Assembly (NCBI GenBank): GCA_035221665.1
Contig: CM069162.1
Location: 25,358,001 to 25,422,000 of the forward strand
Source of the DNA: Okamejei kenojei
Taxonomy: Eukaryota
Direction: 5' to 3'
DNA: 64,000 nucleotides
The notes under the pieces were generated by a model that searched no databases, was not told the DNA's origin, and saw only the letters and a list, made by a program, of their open reading frames with translations. Both the position numbers and the translations under genes were made by a program. Every line of letters starts with the position of its first letter. Position 1 is the first letter of the stretch. Below are positions 50,335 to 63,009 of the stretch, in pieces.

Positions 50335-50590
50335 AGAGACAGAGTTGTACAGCCAGAAACGGGCTATCGGGCACATGGGACCCACGCTGATCAACAAGCT
50401 CCTGGATACACTAATCCTGCACACATCCCAGTTTATTTGCCCTGCATCCGCCTAGATCCATCCTTCACCTGTGCACAAGGGCAGGTCACCTACAATCCGG
50501 GGGCAACACATGCAGACTTTGTACGTTGCACCGGAGGTCAGGATTGAACCCACAACACTGACTCTGGAGGCAGCTGTTTACCACAAGGTG
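50335..50590 (-). mobile_element. Degenerate V-SINE
   Basis: Reverse-strand B-box GGGTTCAATCCTGACCTCCGGTGC and tail as in the other copies. Confidence 0.6.
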
Positions 50591-52531
50591 CGAATGTCCA
50601 GAAGGGGCTTCCTGATTCCAGTGTTGAGGGACTTTAATAATGGAGATAGGCAGGGTTCTCGAGATACAATAGACACAATATTCATGATACAACAGAGGAG
50701 TTTGTATCACCAATACCGCTGTGAAGTATGTAGACACAATAGATAGAAAGAAACTAATCCCATTAGTGGAGAGGTCAGGGAATAAAGATCATTGGCAAAA
50801 GAACCAAAAATGACATGGGGAGAAACTGTACAAGTGTTTTGGTTCGGGATTCTGCTGCCCGGGGTGTAGCCGTCTGGTTCAGTTACAGTGTCCACATGTG
50901 AGCTGGATACATGTTTGTAAAGAAAGAATGAGCAGAACTGGCAGGAGAGGGCCACAGCCCGGGACTAGCTGGTCTGCTCTAACGCAGAGTCAACATGGAG
51001 TTGATGGGATGAATAGGACTCCATCATTCTGTGGTTGCACTGAGAAAGTGGTGGGTGAAACAGTATGGAGAGTATAGTGAATATATCTGCCCTGGGACGG
51101 TACAGGCAGGTGACAATCACATTGGTGCTATAGGAGTCCCGCTCAGCCCTTGACAGCCTGGTGCTGGAATGTAGGATTAACCCAGCCAGCCCTTCGTTGA
51201 CCGGCACCAACTCGATGGGCTGAATTCAAAATGGTGGAGGACCTCAGTGGCTCAGGCAGCATCTGTGGTGGGAATGGGCAGACAACGTGTCGGTCCGAGA
51301 CTTCTTCAGAATTGAAATGTCATCTGTCCATTTCTTCTACGGGGATGCTGCCTGGCCCGCTGAGTTCCCCCAGAGCTCTTGTGTTTTGCTGAAGATTCCA
51401 GCATCTGCAGTTCCTTGTATTTCGGTGGGCTGCTTGGATTATATTATTCCGCTCCTATGGAGCAGTGATGAGCGTGCGGTGAGGTGGCGGGGCTGTAAGT
51501 AGAGCAATGCGGAGATGCCAATGAGATGAGAACACGAACATGGAGATTACAGCAGGTAGTGCTGAGGGAAGCGGGGATGCAACAAATCTGAATGAGCAGC
51601 CAGTGCAGCGGGGAGAGGTGCAGTGAAAGCGGCGGGGAGAGGTTAAAGGATACAGGAGTGCAGCAATATAAAGAGAATATTTAGGCAGAAGTGCATTTAG
51701 CTAACGAAAGAGCACGAGAGAGCGTGGAAGAGTTTGTCATCGCAGAATGATGTTCTCCGGACACCCACGCCAGTCATATTAAGCTTACCAACGGCGATTC
51801 TATCTTATGCTTGTAATATTTTATGTCGCGCATCGTTTAAGGACCCTCCGTCTTATCCCACCCTTCACGACCCTTCTCTGATTCAAGGCAGACACCAGTC
51901 GAATGTGCAGCTGGCGCGGTCCCTGCACTTCACGCAGCCGGCCCCGATCCACAACTGCTGGGCTATCTCCCAGACACGAGGAACTGCAGATGCTGGAATT
52001 TGGGTCAAAACACAAAGTGCGGGAGGAACTCTGCTTGTCAGGTAGCATCTGTAGAGAGTCTGAAGAAGGGCCCCGTCAGAAAGGTGGTCTATCCATTCTC
52101 TCCACAGATGCTGCCTGTTGACGGCGAAGTTCCTCCAGTACTTTGTGTTTTGAATTAACTCCCCTTGTTATATATAATGTGCTCAATCGCTGGTCAAACG
52201 CTTGGTTGGACTGGAGGCGCTGTTTTCCAAGGCCCAGGCCAAGATGGGAACCTCAAATCCTAACCCCGCGGGACAGCGAGGACCAATCTGCTGAACCCAT
52301 GCTCACGGACTGATGGGATCCTGTCCCGTGGACAAGGACATTCGAGTTTCCAAACATTGTAAACCGAGGCACGTCCCCGCTGCAATGGCGGATTAGTCTC
52401 TGTGCAGGATCGTTCGCGTTAGCAACACTTAAAGACGAAATAATCATGAAAGGATAAATTACAGAGAGAGGCCACTCGGCTCATCGTGGATGTACCAGCT
52501 GGGAAAGACCTGCCCAATTGCCACCCGCGCC

Positions 52532-52703
52532 GGATTTAAGAGAGAGTTGGATAGAGCTCTAGGGGCTAGTGGAGTCAAGGGATATGGGGAGAAGGCAGGC
52601 ACGGGTTATTGATAGGGGACGATCAGCCATGATCACAATGAATGGCGGTGCTGGCTCGAAGGGCTGGATGGCCTCCTCCTGCACCTATTTTCTATGTTTC
52701 TAC
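52532..52703 (+). mobile_element. Young CR1 3' terminal fragment
   Basis: Near-identical to 46225-46406. Confidence 0.88.
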
Positions 52704-53367
52704 GACCCTGTCCCCGCAACCAAACGACGTTCTCCTTTTCGTTAAGTTATCCGTTTATTTTGCAGACATCTAGAATGTGTTGTGTGGGGCTTCAGCTGCT
52801 TGAACTGTGACCCAGGAGATGGGTCGGACACGGCCCTCTCCTAGTAATCGGTGGAAGCCGAGTGCACTGACGGCTCCACGTGTGGAATGATACATATCTA
52901 TTTAGCCCAAAGCTGTTTACAGGTTGCGCCACGGTTTAGCCCGGTGGCGGTTTTGTTTGAATGGATTTACTCGGTATTACGCGCTAGACGGCGGAGACCC
53001 TGGCGGTGGATAAACTCCCACGAAGCGTCAATGATCACAGCAGTGACAATGTTCACAGATTTGAGGTTGCGGAGCCACATTTCTCGATTTTGTTTTCACA
53101 TCTAGGGGGGTCTGGATTGGTAAATATCAAAGGCGTTATCGGCGACAACTGCGATAGAGCCTTGAACGCACGCAATGCACCGAACTACGTGGGCGCACTG
53201 AGGGTCGTGAAGAGGAACGAGACCTCCTTAGCCTCTGCCCAACGACCCACAACCATCCACCCCCCATCAACGTCCATAGTGACAAGATCACACCTATGCA
53301 CTAATGTACGTTTTCACATCAACATATACAGGCACAAAGACGGCATTCACAAATCCACAGCTGATAG

Positions 53368-54650
53368 CTTCTTCTCTTGTCAGGCAGTCCCTAAGAGTTG
53401 GGCAAGACTTGTTCCCATTGCAGAACTGTGGGTTCTTCATAAGGACAGACTCTGCCACAGATTGGGCAGGAGATGTTCGGTGCGGTTTGGTGGGGCAGGT
53501 GAGGGGTAGTTTGGGAGACTCGTCATTCACGCCGCCATGCGTGTTCTCCTGCTTGATGGACTCGTGGTTTGTTAATGCCACTCCACACGCTCCATCTCGA
53601 TTTGCATTGATCATGGAACAGAATCCCATCAGACAATGAGAATGGTAACCTTTTTCCAAGCAGGTTTGGAGAGTATTATGGAAACTGTCCTTCCGTCCAT
53701 TAGTATTCCCTTGCAATAGAGGAACAGTTCTGGGAGTTTGGGGTCAGGCATACCATCAATGTGGTTAGTCCTTTGGGGTTCACTGAGTGTTTAATGCCCT
53801 TTAGATGTGGGCGTTGGCTCAAATAAGCAAATAGTCTCAGAGAATGTTACACAAACAGCATGGATGGTATCCCCCCAGTGGTGTGAGATGCCTGCTGTTA
53901 ATAGTCCATGTTTCAGAAATATGGGCAGGGATCGCTGCTACACTGTAGGGTGTGAACTCTGTGTTGTGTTTGCAGTAAGGATCTTCTCAAAACTCCAAGG
54001 GCTGTACAGATGCACTGGGTGTACCGAAGACATTCATAATCAGTGTTTGTCTTCATTGAGGAATGAATCCCAAGACATGGCAAGAAGTTAACATTTCCGG
54101 GGCTTCATGGTGGATGTTTATTGTTGGAGAGGGGTAGATTGGTAGAAGTGATTTGTTTTGAAGAAGCTCTTGCTTGCTTCATTGAATGGGTTGACAATGA
54201 CTTGGAGCCCAGCAGATGACCATTGGGTATTACATATGTCATCTGTGTACCGCATCGGGTTGGGCCGGTGCTGGGTGACTTTGATTCTGCAGTGGAGTGT
54301 CTTTGGTTGAACAGTTAGTCCTATCAGTTCGGCTCTACTATAGCATCAGACCTGCTGGAAGTAACTTGCAACACTGTCCTGAGAAAGACAGGGCAATTAT
54401 TGGGGCGATGACCTGCTTTGCTTGAGCTCAGCTGCGCTAAGGTGGGGGCCTGATGTGGATCTGGAGGTTAAAATCTTCTTCAACCCAACGTAAGATGAAG
54501 ATGAATTTCTGCTGACAGCCACATTTGTGAGTGAGGCTCCACAGCCTCTTCCAGTTGATGGAGTCAAAGGCATTTGTGACGTCAAAAACAGGCCACGTTT
54601 AGTACTTGCTGCTGCTCCCCACACTTATCCTGGAGCTGATGTCTGGTTTC
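53368..54650 (-). mobile_element. Degenerate RTE-clade LINE (RT and 3' end)
   Basis: Reverse strand QLQDKCGEQQQ..FDVTNAFDSINWKRLWSLTHKCGCQQKFIFIL (DLTKAFD-type RT motif); C-terminal GRKDSFHNTLQTCLEK; 3' end 'gggactgcctgacaagagaagaag'. Confidence 0.75.
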
Positions 54651-55584
54651 TCCTGTGCCTCTAAGTGGTCAGTATTCACACTGTGATTGGGGGAACTGTC
54701 TCGGCCAGTGAGTTGAGGTGGTGGAGCTGGGCTTCCAAGAGAGCCCTCTGCAGCAATTACAATTATGCATCTCCTCTCTTAATGATGTTCAAGGTTCTGC
54801 CATGAGAAGTCCTTGGACACATTTTTCTTTCCCAAATATAGAAGGCGAGGACATATAAAAACCACGGCACAAAAAAATGAATGCTGACAGTCCCAAGGAC
54901 TTCACCAGGTACCCATCTTAGACAGTACCTTACAGATAATGTGGTGACCCTCAGCCAACCAGAACTGCAGCATATTTAGATCATCTGAAATGCACTGAAT
55001 TCCAGCATATTTAGCACATGTGAGGATTCCTAGTCCCTCTTCCACCAGAAAAGAGTTTGATAAAGACTATCAAAAGATCCAGGAGCTGATTCAGTTGCAA
55101 TCTCCAGCTCCAGGGAAAAGTAGCAGGCAACTGAAGATAAAGGTAAAACAGAAAACCCACAACTGGAGAGCAGACAGTGAGTGGTATAGCCATCAATGCA
55201 TTGGTAAATACGCCATGTAGGCATAGAATTCTTCAGGATTGTCAAGGCCAGCGATGGCCCAAACATCTCAGATGACTTCTCTCAGAGATACAAATGAAGG
55301 TGAATTTATCAAGACTATGGTTATATGGTTTATATGGTTACTAGAGAGGGAGTTCTGCATGTGTTTGAAGGCACACTCAGGCAACGCCTCAACTGTGTCT
55401 GTTCCCCTGAACAGAGCATCTTTGCTCGGTCCGACAGACTCCATCCGACAGCGATCAGATCATCTCACCGCTGGTCAAACTGACAAAAAATCAAGGGGCA
55501 CGCACACACCAATTTACACAACAGGCTGCAAGAGTAGATGGTATCTTTTTATATTCACATTGAGAGGAATAGAAGTTACTCATG

Positions 55585-56075
55585 TACACACAGTTACTGA
55601 CACATACAGACTCTGACACACAGAGACACAGACACACAGTCACTGACACACAATCACTGATTCATTCACACACACTGACACATGCAGTCACTGACACACA
55701 CACACACACTAACACACACACACTGACACACACATAGTCACTGACACACACACACACATACTGACACAGTCACTGACACACACACACTCACACACTGATA
55801 CACACACAGTCACTGATACACACACACATACACTGACACACACAATCTCTGCGTCACACACACACTAACACACACGCACTGACAAACATACACACTGACA
55901 CACATACACACAAAATTTCTGACACACACACTGACACACACACACACTGACACACACACACTGACACACACACACTGACTCACACATAGTGACTCACACA
56001 CACTGACACACACAGTCCCTGACTCACACACAGTCCCTGACTCACACTCACTGACTCAAACAGCACTAACACACA
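55585..56075. repeat. CA/CACTGA compound microsatellite
   Basis: Direct reading. Confidence 0.92.
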
Positions 56076-56530
56076 GGAATCTCTCCTATTTCGAAATGTT
56101 GGCGACAAACTGTCCCTGTAATTGATACGAGCACGTTAAGCTGACCCTTTCCCTGAACTAATCCTTTGGAATTGACACAGAGTTTACCAAGAGATTTAAC
56201 CAATGCAACCTCCGTTTGCTATCAATTTACTAAATCACTGCAAGATGTAATCTTGGGCAGTATCTGTCCCTTTCTCAATTCTGTTGTTTAAAAATGGCTA
56301 CAACCACCCATTGTTCCAACCGTTTCTTTGAATGTAGAAATGCAGCACTGGGGTTATGACTAATTCCTGCCTCACAAGATGGTCAAACTCCAACCGGGCA
56401 GACCATTGCACAAACAAATGCCCTTAATTTGGTCCGAATGATCAATTTCAGAGAATTTGTGGTAAGCTTTCTCCGAGGCTGTCAGACTGGTCAGAATAAC
56501 ATAAGAAGTAGTTTGATGCAAGGGAATAAA

Positions 56531-57418
56531 GGGAACTCCATCATCAAGTTCGCTGACGACACCACTGTAGTGGGACGTATCACTGATGGGGATGAGTCGG
56601 AGTACAGAAGAGAAATCGAGCGACTGTCCATATGGTGCCAGCACAATAACCTGGCCCTCAACACCAGCAAAACCAAGGAACTGATTGTGGACTTTGGAAG
56701 GAGTAGGATGGGGACCCACAGTCCTGTTTATATCAACGGGTCGATGGTTGAAAGGGTCAAGAGCTTCAAATTCCTGGGCGTGCACATCTGTGAAGATCTT
56801 TCCTGGTCCGAGAACACAGATGCATTATTAAGAAAGCTCATCAGTGCCTCTACTTCCTGAGAAGATTACGGAGAGTCGGTCTGTCAAGGAGGACTCTCTC
56901 TAACTTCTACAGGTGCACAGTAGAGAGCTTGCTGACCGGTTGCATCGTGGCTTGGTTCGGCAACTTGAGTGCCCTGGAGCGGAAAAGACTACAAAAAGTA
57001 GTAAACACTGCCCAGTCCATCATCGGCTCTGACCTCCCTTCCATCGAGGGGATCTAACACAGTCGCTGCCTCAAAAAGGCTGGCAGCATCATCAAGGACC
57101 CACACCACCCTGGCCACACACTCACCTCCCCGCTACCTTCAGGTAGAAGGTACAGGAGCCTGAGGACTGCAACGACCCGGTTCGGGAATAGCTACTTCCC
57201 CACCGCCATCAGGCTATTAAACATGACTCGGACAAATCTCTGAACATTAATACCCCTCCATCTGTTATTTGCACTTTATTAATTTATTAATTAATGTGTG
57301 TATTTAAGTATATAATTGTAGTCAATGCCTACTATGTTCTGTTGTGCTATGCAAAGAAAGAATTTCATTGTCCTGTCAGGGACACATGACGATAAACTCT
57401 TTTGACTTGACTTTGACC
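56531..57418 (+). mobile_element. Young 5'-truncated Rex1/Babar-clade LINE
   Basis: IIKFADDTTVVGRITDGDESEYRREI..NNLALNTSKTKELIVDF..FKFLGVHI; after a frameshift near 56830, YFLRRLRR..FYRCTVES..PSGRRYRSL..NSYFPTAIRLLN; TTGAC-type tail. Confidence 0.92.
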
Positions 57419-57814
57419 TTTCTCTGCACCTCGCCCGCTTATTTATCCCTATCCCCACCATTGGGATGTTTGGCGGGATGGTGCAGAGAAAAAGTTTCAT
57501 TGTGTGTCTGACTGGCCCTTGAAGTGTTGACGGGACGAAAGTAGAGGGAGCTTTGCTCCGTATCCAAACCATCGTCATGTAAGGGACAGGGTGACGCTTG
57601 AGAGTGTGGGCTGCATTTTATAGACGTACAGCATTAATTGGACAAGAAGATTTATTCCACATCGGAGCGACGAGACACTCCACTTGCGGACAGGGTACTT
57701 AATTTAGTTCCAGGATTAACACCTCAGCATGTTAACCGTAGTTAACATGTGATGAGGTTAAGCCGGTCGAACGCGACTCTGAAGTCCAACGAGTAAAACT
57801 GAAACAATGAGTTG

Positions 57815-58235
57815 AGTGGAGGCTGGGATTGGGGGGTAGGGGTTGGGTTGACGGGGAGCAGGTGTGGGTGGGGTTGGAGGGAGGCGAGGATGGGTTCCGG
57901 GGGAGGGGGGGCTGGGTGGGATTGGAGAGGAGGTGAGGTGGGATTGGAGGGAAGGTAGGGGTGGGGTTAGCAAGGGGTGGGTTGACGAGAGTGGTAGAGG
58001 TAGCGTTGCGTGAAGGGAGGTGAGGATCGGTTTGTAGGGTGGAAGGTTGAGGTTGAGAGAGGGAGGGAATTGCGAGTGGTGTTGGGGAGTGAAGTGAGGG
58101 TCGTTTGCCGTAATGGGTCGGAGGTACCATAATGGTACCATAAAGTACCATTGAAGCATGGGTAGGTTTGGAGGGAGGGAGGAGGGAGTGCGAAGGAGAA
58201 CGCTTGAGATGGGAGGAATGACGAAGGGAAGGGAT
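57815..58235. repeat. G-rich low-complexity tract
   Basis: Many GGG runs; explains the Pro-rich minus-strand ORFs. Confidence 0.8.
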
Positions 58236-58728
58236 GTTCTATATTTGCTGGGTGTGTGATTCCCAGGACGAATAGCGGATTGCGTGGAGTCAAATCTCTG
58301 CAATGTTCTATTCGGATTGAACCGAGCGCCTTAACCTCCTCAGTGGTTATGGAGAGCGGGGAACGCAGGTACCGCCAAAATCCCGAGGTGTCCCCTAAAC
58401 TGCGGATGACACCTCCGGCCGGCCTGTGTTCCCGAAGAAGGGTTTCGGCCCGAAACGTTGCCTATTTCCTTCGCTCCGTAGATGCCACTGCACCCGCTGA
58501 GTTTCTCCAGCATTTTTGTGTACCTTCCTAAACCAAGAACCGGTCAGGGATAACCCTCGCCCCGCTATAACCCTCATCTGCTACCAAGGAAGTCTAATCC
58601 CAGGTGAGAAATTCGCATGGGCCAGCACACTTTCCAAAGCATGAACTGAATGGCTGGTGCGGAAACCGGTTGGATCCACTAATCATCCTGCAAATAAAAT
58701 GTTCTAAAATTAACTTTAGATATGTGTA

Positions 58729-58852
58729 AAAGAAGGAACTGCAGATGCTGGAGAATCGAGGGTACACAATAGGCTGGAGAAACTCAGCGGGTGCAGCAGC
58801 ATCTAAGCAGCGAGGGAGATAGGCGACGTTTCGGGTGGAGACCCTTCTTCAG
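58729..58852 (-). mobile_element. Penelope-derived short repeat with intact hammerhead core (58825-58852)
   Basis: Minus strand CTGAAGAAGGGTCTCCACCCGAAACGTC. Flanking direct repeat AGA(T/C)ATGTGTA at 58718-58728 and 58851-58861. Confidence 0.8.
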
Positions 58853-61289
58853 ACATGTGTATCCCGGTAGGGAATTGGGTTTTTTTTTTAACTATAAAGT
58901 AGAACATAACGAGAGACGGGATTTACCCCGCACGTTTTAACATGGGCTTTTTAATATCCGCACTGTGATCTCTCCGTCTACAAAAATGGCCAGAGATCTC
59001 TATTCATCCCAGGAAGTAATGTGTGCGCTCAGATCCTGCCCGTCCCCAGCGCAGACTCTCCTTAATTAGTTGAAATCGGGAGCCCCGCACCAAAGCACAG
59101 TGAGACTGTAATATGATCAACTCCCTTTGTTAAAGTGTCACCATAAATGTTCCCGATAAGCAAAGGCGAAAAGGATCAAAGGAAATAAGCTTCTCAATTT
59201 CCTGACTCGGTCTCCTACTTCTCCTTACCCAGGCTTTCCTGCCTTCAACAACAGACCCGACAATCCGTCCCGTTTCTTGCCAACATGAGTTCAGAGGTCA
59301 ACCAAGCACTAGGAAATAATTGTGTATTAATAACCCCCTCAAAAGGCTTATTATATGCTTTTCCACCAGAATGACAAACGACTTTATAAATTGGTACTGA
59401 GATGACATCCAATTTTACTTTTTTTGTCACGATTTTCTAAGCGGACTCCGAAACCTAATCTGCACTGGGGCTGTGACCTGAAGTGTAGCTTTACAAAACG
59501 CTCACAATCGGGGCTGGCACATCGACTTTTATTAAATATTTCTCAAAACACAACATAATCACCCTTCCCTGATGCTCAACAATAGTGGCTGGCGGGCGGC
59601 TTTCTAAGGTGGGTTTAGATGTTTTCCCTCATCCCGTGTTTGTTATGACTGAAGTGAGCTTGTGTTTTGGGTTGGGCGCACTGGGCTGTTTGGCCTAAAT
59701 CCTATTTGCTACCTCCAAGCTAGAAGGCTGCAGTTATCCCCGGTTCCTGAAATATGATTTGGAATTCCTGGATAAATACGAGGCGCAGAGTTTGGTAATG
59801 CATTCTCGCCGTGCATTTGATACTAAAGCAACCTGTTGGTACATGTGTTACTCTATCTAGGAGTCGTATTAAACTGTCTAAATGCGAGGCTTCCAAGTGT
59901 CCTGTTAACATCCAGATGGACCCCGTCCCTCAGTATTGTCCTTGGCACCAGAAATGGCAAATCGGTATGGACACTACAAAGGTCCCAAAGTGAGGATGAA
60001 TCTGATCTTTGACTCCGAACATTGAGGGGCCCAACTTGGGATAGATGTTTCCTACTACCCACGCCCCGCATCTTATCATGTGCACCACTAACCGTAAAAC
60101 CACAACCCTAAATTAGACCATCTGAAACGTCGAGATGAATTGATTTATTAGCACGCTGTACTTTGGGATAAAGTTTAGGATGCAATCGATCGGTGACGAG
60201 GGATTTACTAACAACACAATGTTATACGAAAGATACAATGTCAACTTTGTTCCCGCTAATCTTTAAATAAATATACATCACCTTTAACGCCAGAGGACTC
60301 TGGGCAAGGGGACATGCTTTTTAAAAAAAATGTTCAACTTAAATTCGGAAGAGTGACTTTCACAATCGGTAATGGATGGAATCTCACCGACGGATTGAAA
60401 TACCAGGTCACTTTTTGTTATTATTCCATGAATTCGAGAGAGGATTTAGGGTTTTGCTCCGTCCCAAAGACCTTTCAGCTTTAGGTTCTGGTTTCTATAT
60501 GTTCTTTAAAATCCTTTCCATGTAAATTGCAATGAAATATAGAAGGGGTAAGAGTGAAAGCCTTGATGGGATGGGGGAGGTTAATCCTGGTTTAATGCAG
60601 TGATGCAGCTATAGGGCCGAGCTGTGGTGATTGTGTTATCTCTGCCTAACATTTGTATCTCGTTCAATTCCTGCAGCCAAATAGCTGGGAGAAAGTAGGG
60701 ATGTATGGACTGCTGATGCCTCGGGAAAATGTGTTATTAATATCTAAATAACGTTGCCATATTTGAGCTAAATCTCTCTCTCTCACTCTTTCCTGGTGTG
60801 GGATGATTTCGTTTGAAGTGCAGCCCTATCGCATTCTCTCATCCTCTTTCTTCGTTCTGCCTTCTCACTTCTGACACTTGAATCGTAGATAGTTAAACTC
60901 ATGCAAAATATTAAAACATACTCAATTTCCCAACTCAGACTGGCAAATTATTCTCCTTCCCTTTCTTTCTCTGTTCCTTTTCACTCCACTTTTCTACCAT
61001 TTGACACCCTTCCGTTCAATTATTCTGATTTAAATCGTGTTATTGGGTTTCGAGTTCCTTTCCTATGATGTGTTTCTTTATGAACCACCAACCCTCGAAA
61101 AAGAAAATCGTTCTCTTATTCGTTTCCCTAAGTCCCCTTTCCCCAGCTCTCCGGTTTGCTACCTCCAGAAACCTCGACTCTTTTTCCAAATCGTCCCCCC
61201 ATCCTCTTGTTTTCCAGTTCGTTGAACTTGAATTACTTGGGTTTACTGTCTTAAGCTTGTTTTCTCTGTCGCCCACTCGCGGTGTTTGT

Positions 61290-62110
61290 TTATTTAAACT
61301 CCGACTACTAAAGTATTCCGAGCTAGTATTTGCTTTAGTAATTGCTATCTCGCTGATACGCCTTATTTGTCTTCGCTTTCTCTGACAAGTGTCATTCGTA
61401 TGACCGGTATACCCCTTTCTTTAATTGAATATGCACATGACAATGAATTGCAGCCCCGGATAATTTGACATCCCCTATCTGTTCCTGGCCTCTATTATTT
61501 CAGCTGATTCCCCTCTGCAAACACAGAAATCCTCCCTGCTTTTTGTTTGATTAGATTCGCAACTTCCAGGTGACCCCCGAGTCTACCAGTATCCACTGCA
61601 GATTCTCTCTCTCTCTCTTTCTCTGTTCCCTCTCAGTGCTGGTTTGGTTACAGGATAGACGCTCCTATCCCGGCAAGCCAAAAAGAAAAAAACCGCTTCC
61701 ACAAACCACCCCCCAAAAATAATTTAAGTGGGCGTCTCCTGAATTTTAATCATATCTCTCCTGGTCCAAATTAGATGATACCTTCCCGTCAGAAGTACAA
61801 TCTGCCTCGGACACGCGGTATCACCCTGCGCACACAAATGCAAACTGGCTTGTCCAAATGTTTGCATGATCTCAACCTCACAACAGCCTCTCCCCGGGAC
61901 ACGCGGCTGCACAGGGAACACATGAACAAATCTCACCAAAAGCAATCATTCAGCCAATGATTCGAAACTTGATTCTCAAACGGAATCCCCAAACGCCAAT
62001 CTCTGCAGTTACTGCACATTAATTAGATTATCAGATTAACCCATTGATGATTCGATTTATGCATATTTTCCAAAGCCATTTTTTCGAGCTACTTTTAGTC
62101 AGTTTACGTT
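61290..62110. promoter_or_regulatory. Candidate conserved non-coding/enhancer block
   Basis: Repeat-free; ATGCAAAC, CCAAT, and clustered TAAT/ATTA (ACATTAATTAGATTATCAGATTAA at ~62016-62039). Conservation not tested. Confidence 0.4.
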
Positions 62111-62179
62111 AAAAATCTACTTGCTCATCATTTTTATTCAACCCAACCCAGTGCAGTTCTCCCGAGTTTATAAATCGAT

Positions 62180-62342
62180 AATAGACACAAAAAGCTGGAG
62201 TAACTCAGCGGGACAGGCAGCATCTCTGGAGAGAAGGATGGGTGACGTTTAGGATCGAGAAGACAGGTCTCGAGAAGCTGAGTTACTCCAGCTTTTTGTG
62301 TCTGTCTTCGGTTTAAACTGGCATCTGCAGTTCCTTCATGCA
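62180..62342. mobile_element. Inverted Penelope-derived repeat
   Basis: agacacaaaaagctggagtaactcagc ... gctgagttactccagctttttgtgtct arms. Confidence 0.8.
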
Positions 62343-62613
62343 CATTTATCAATCGATATTTCATTTATAATTATGTCCAAGCATTCATTATAGTCCGTCT
62401 CGTCGTCGTTTCTACGTGCCCCGTGTCGCGTAAATTGCGAAATATTAGATATATTTCATTGTATAAAAATAATTCAGGGTTAATTCGTTATGTTGTCTGC
62501 CTTATTTGCCGTTTGTAAAATCTGTCCCTGTTCAAGACCTTTTTGGAGTCGATAGTTACAGGAATTGTACTATTGGGAGGGGTATTGAACAAAACTGTTC
62601 ACCCCCACACCCC

Positions 62614-63009
62614 NNNNNNNNNNNNNNNNNNNNNNNNNNNNNNNNNNNNNNNNNNNNNNNNNNNNNNNNNNNNNNNNNNNNNNNNNNNNNNNNNNNNNNN
62701 NNNNNNNNNNNNNNNNNNNNNNNNNNNNNNNNNNNNNNNNNNNNNNNNNNNNNNNNNNNNNNNNNNNNNNNNNNNNNNNNNNNNNNNNNNNNNNNNNNNN
62801 NNNNNNNNNNNNNNNNNNNNNNNNNNNNNNNNNNNNNNNNNNNNNNNNNNNNNNNNNNNNNNNNNNNNNNNNNNNNNNNNNNNNNNNNNNNNNNNNNNNN
62901 NNNNNNNNNNNNNNNNNNNNNNNNNNNNNNNNNNNNNNNNNNNNNNNNNNNNNNNNNNNNNNNNNNNNNNNNNNNNNNNNNNNNNNNNNNNNNNNNNNNN
63001 NNNNNNNNN
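62614..63009. other. Assembly gap (396 N)
   Basis: Run of N. Confidence 1.

Larger units (their letters stand above)
48770..51225 (+). mobile_element. Old CR1 RT relic carrying several younger nested insertions
   Basis: PVSLTLVVDNVLETIIRDRI, NLMEFF.EVTERIDEG, KFANET, WQMKLNAGKCEVLHF. Confidence 0.7.

Noticed and set aside
56429-56860. 143-aa ORF with KFADD as a host gene
   Set aside because: It is a frameshifted, 5'-truncated Rex1/Babar reverse transcriptase fragment.
57749-57807. GTGATGA...GAA and CTGAAG...GAAAC as an additional hammerhead
   Set aside because: The core boxes are not canonical, and stems II/III cannot be formed in the right register.
57732-58303. Pro-rich ORFs (also 25076-25521 and 38933-39313)
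   Set aside because: Products of G/C-rich low-complexity tracts.
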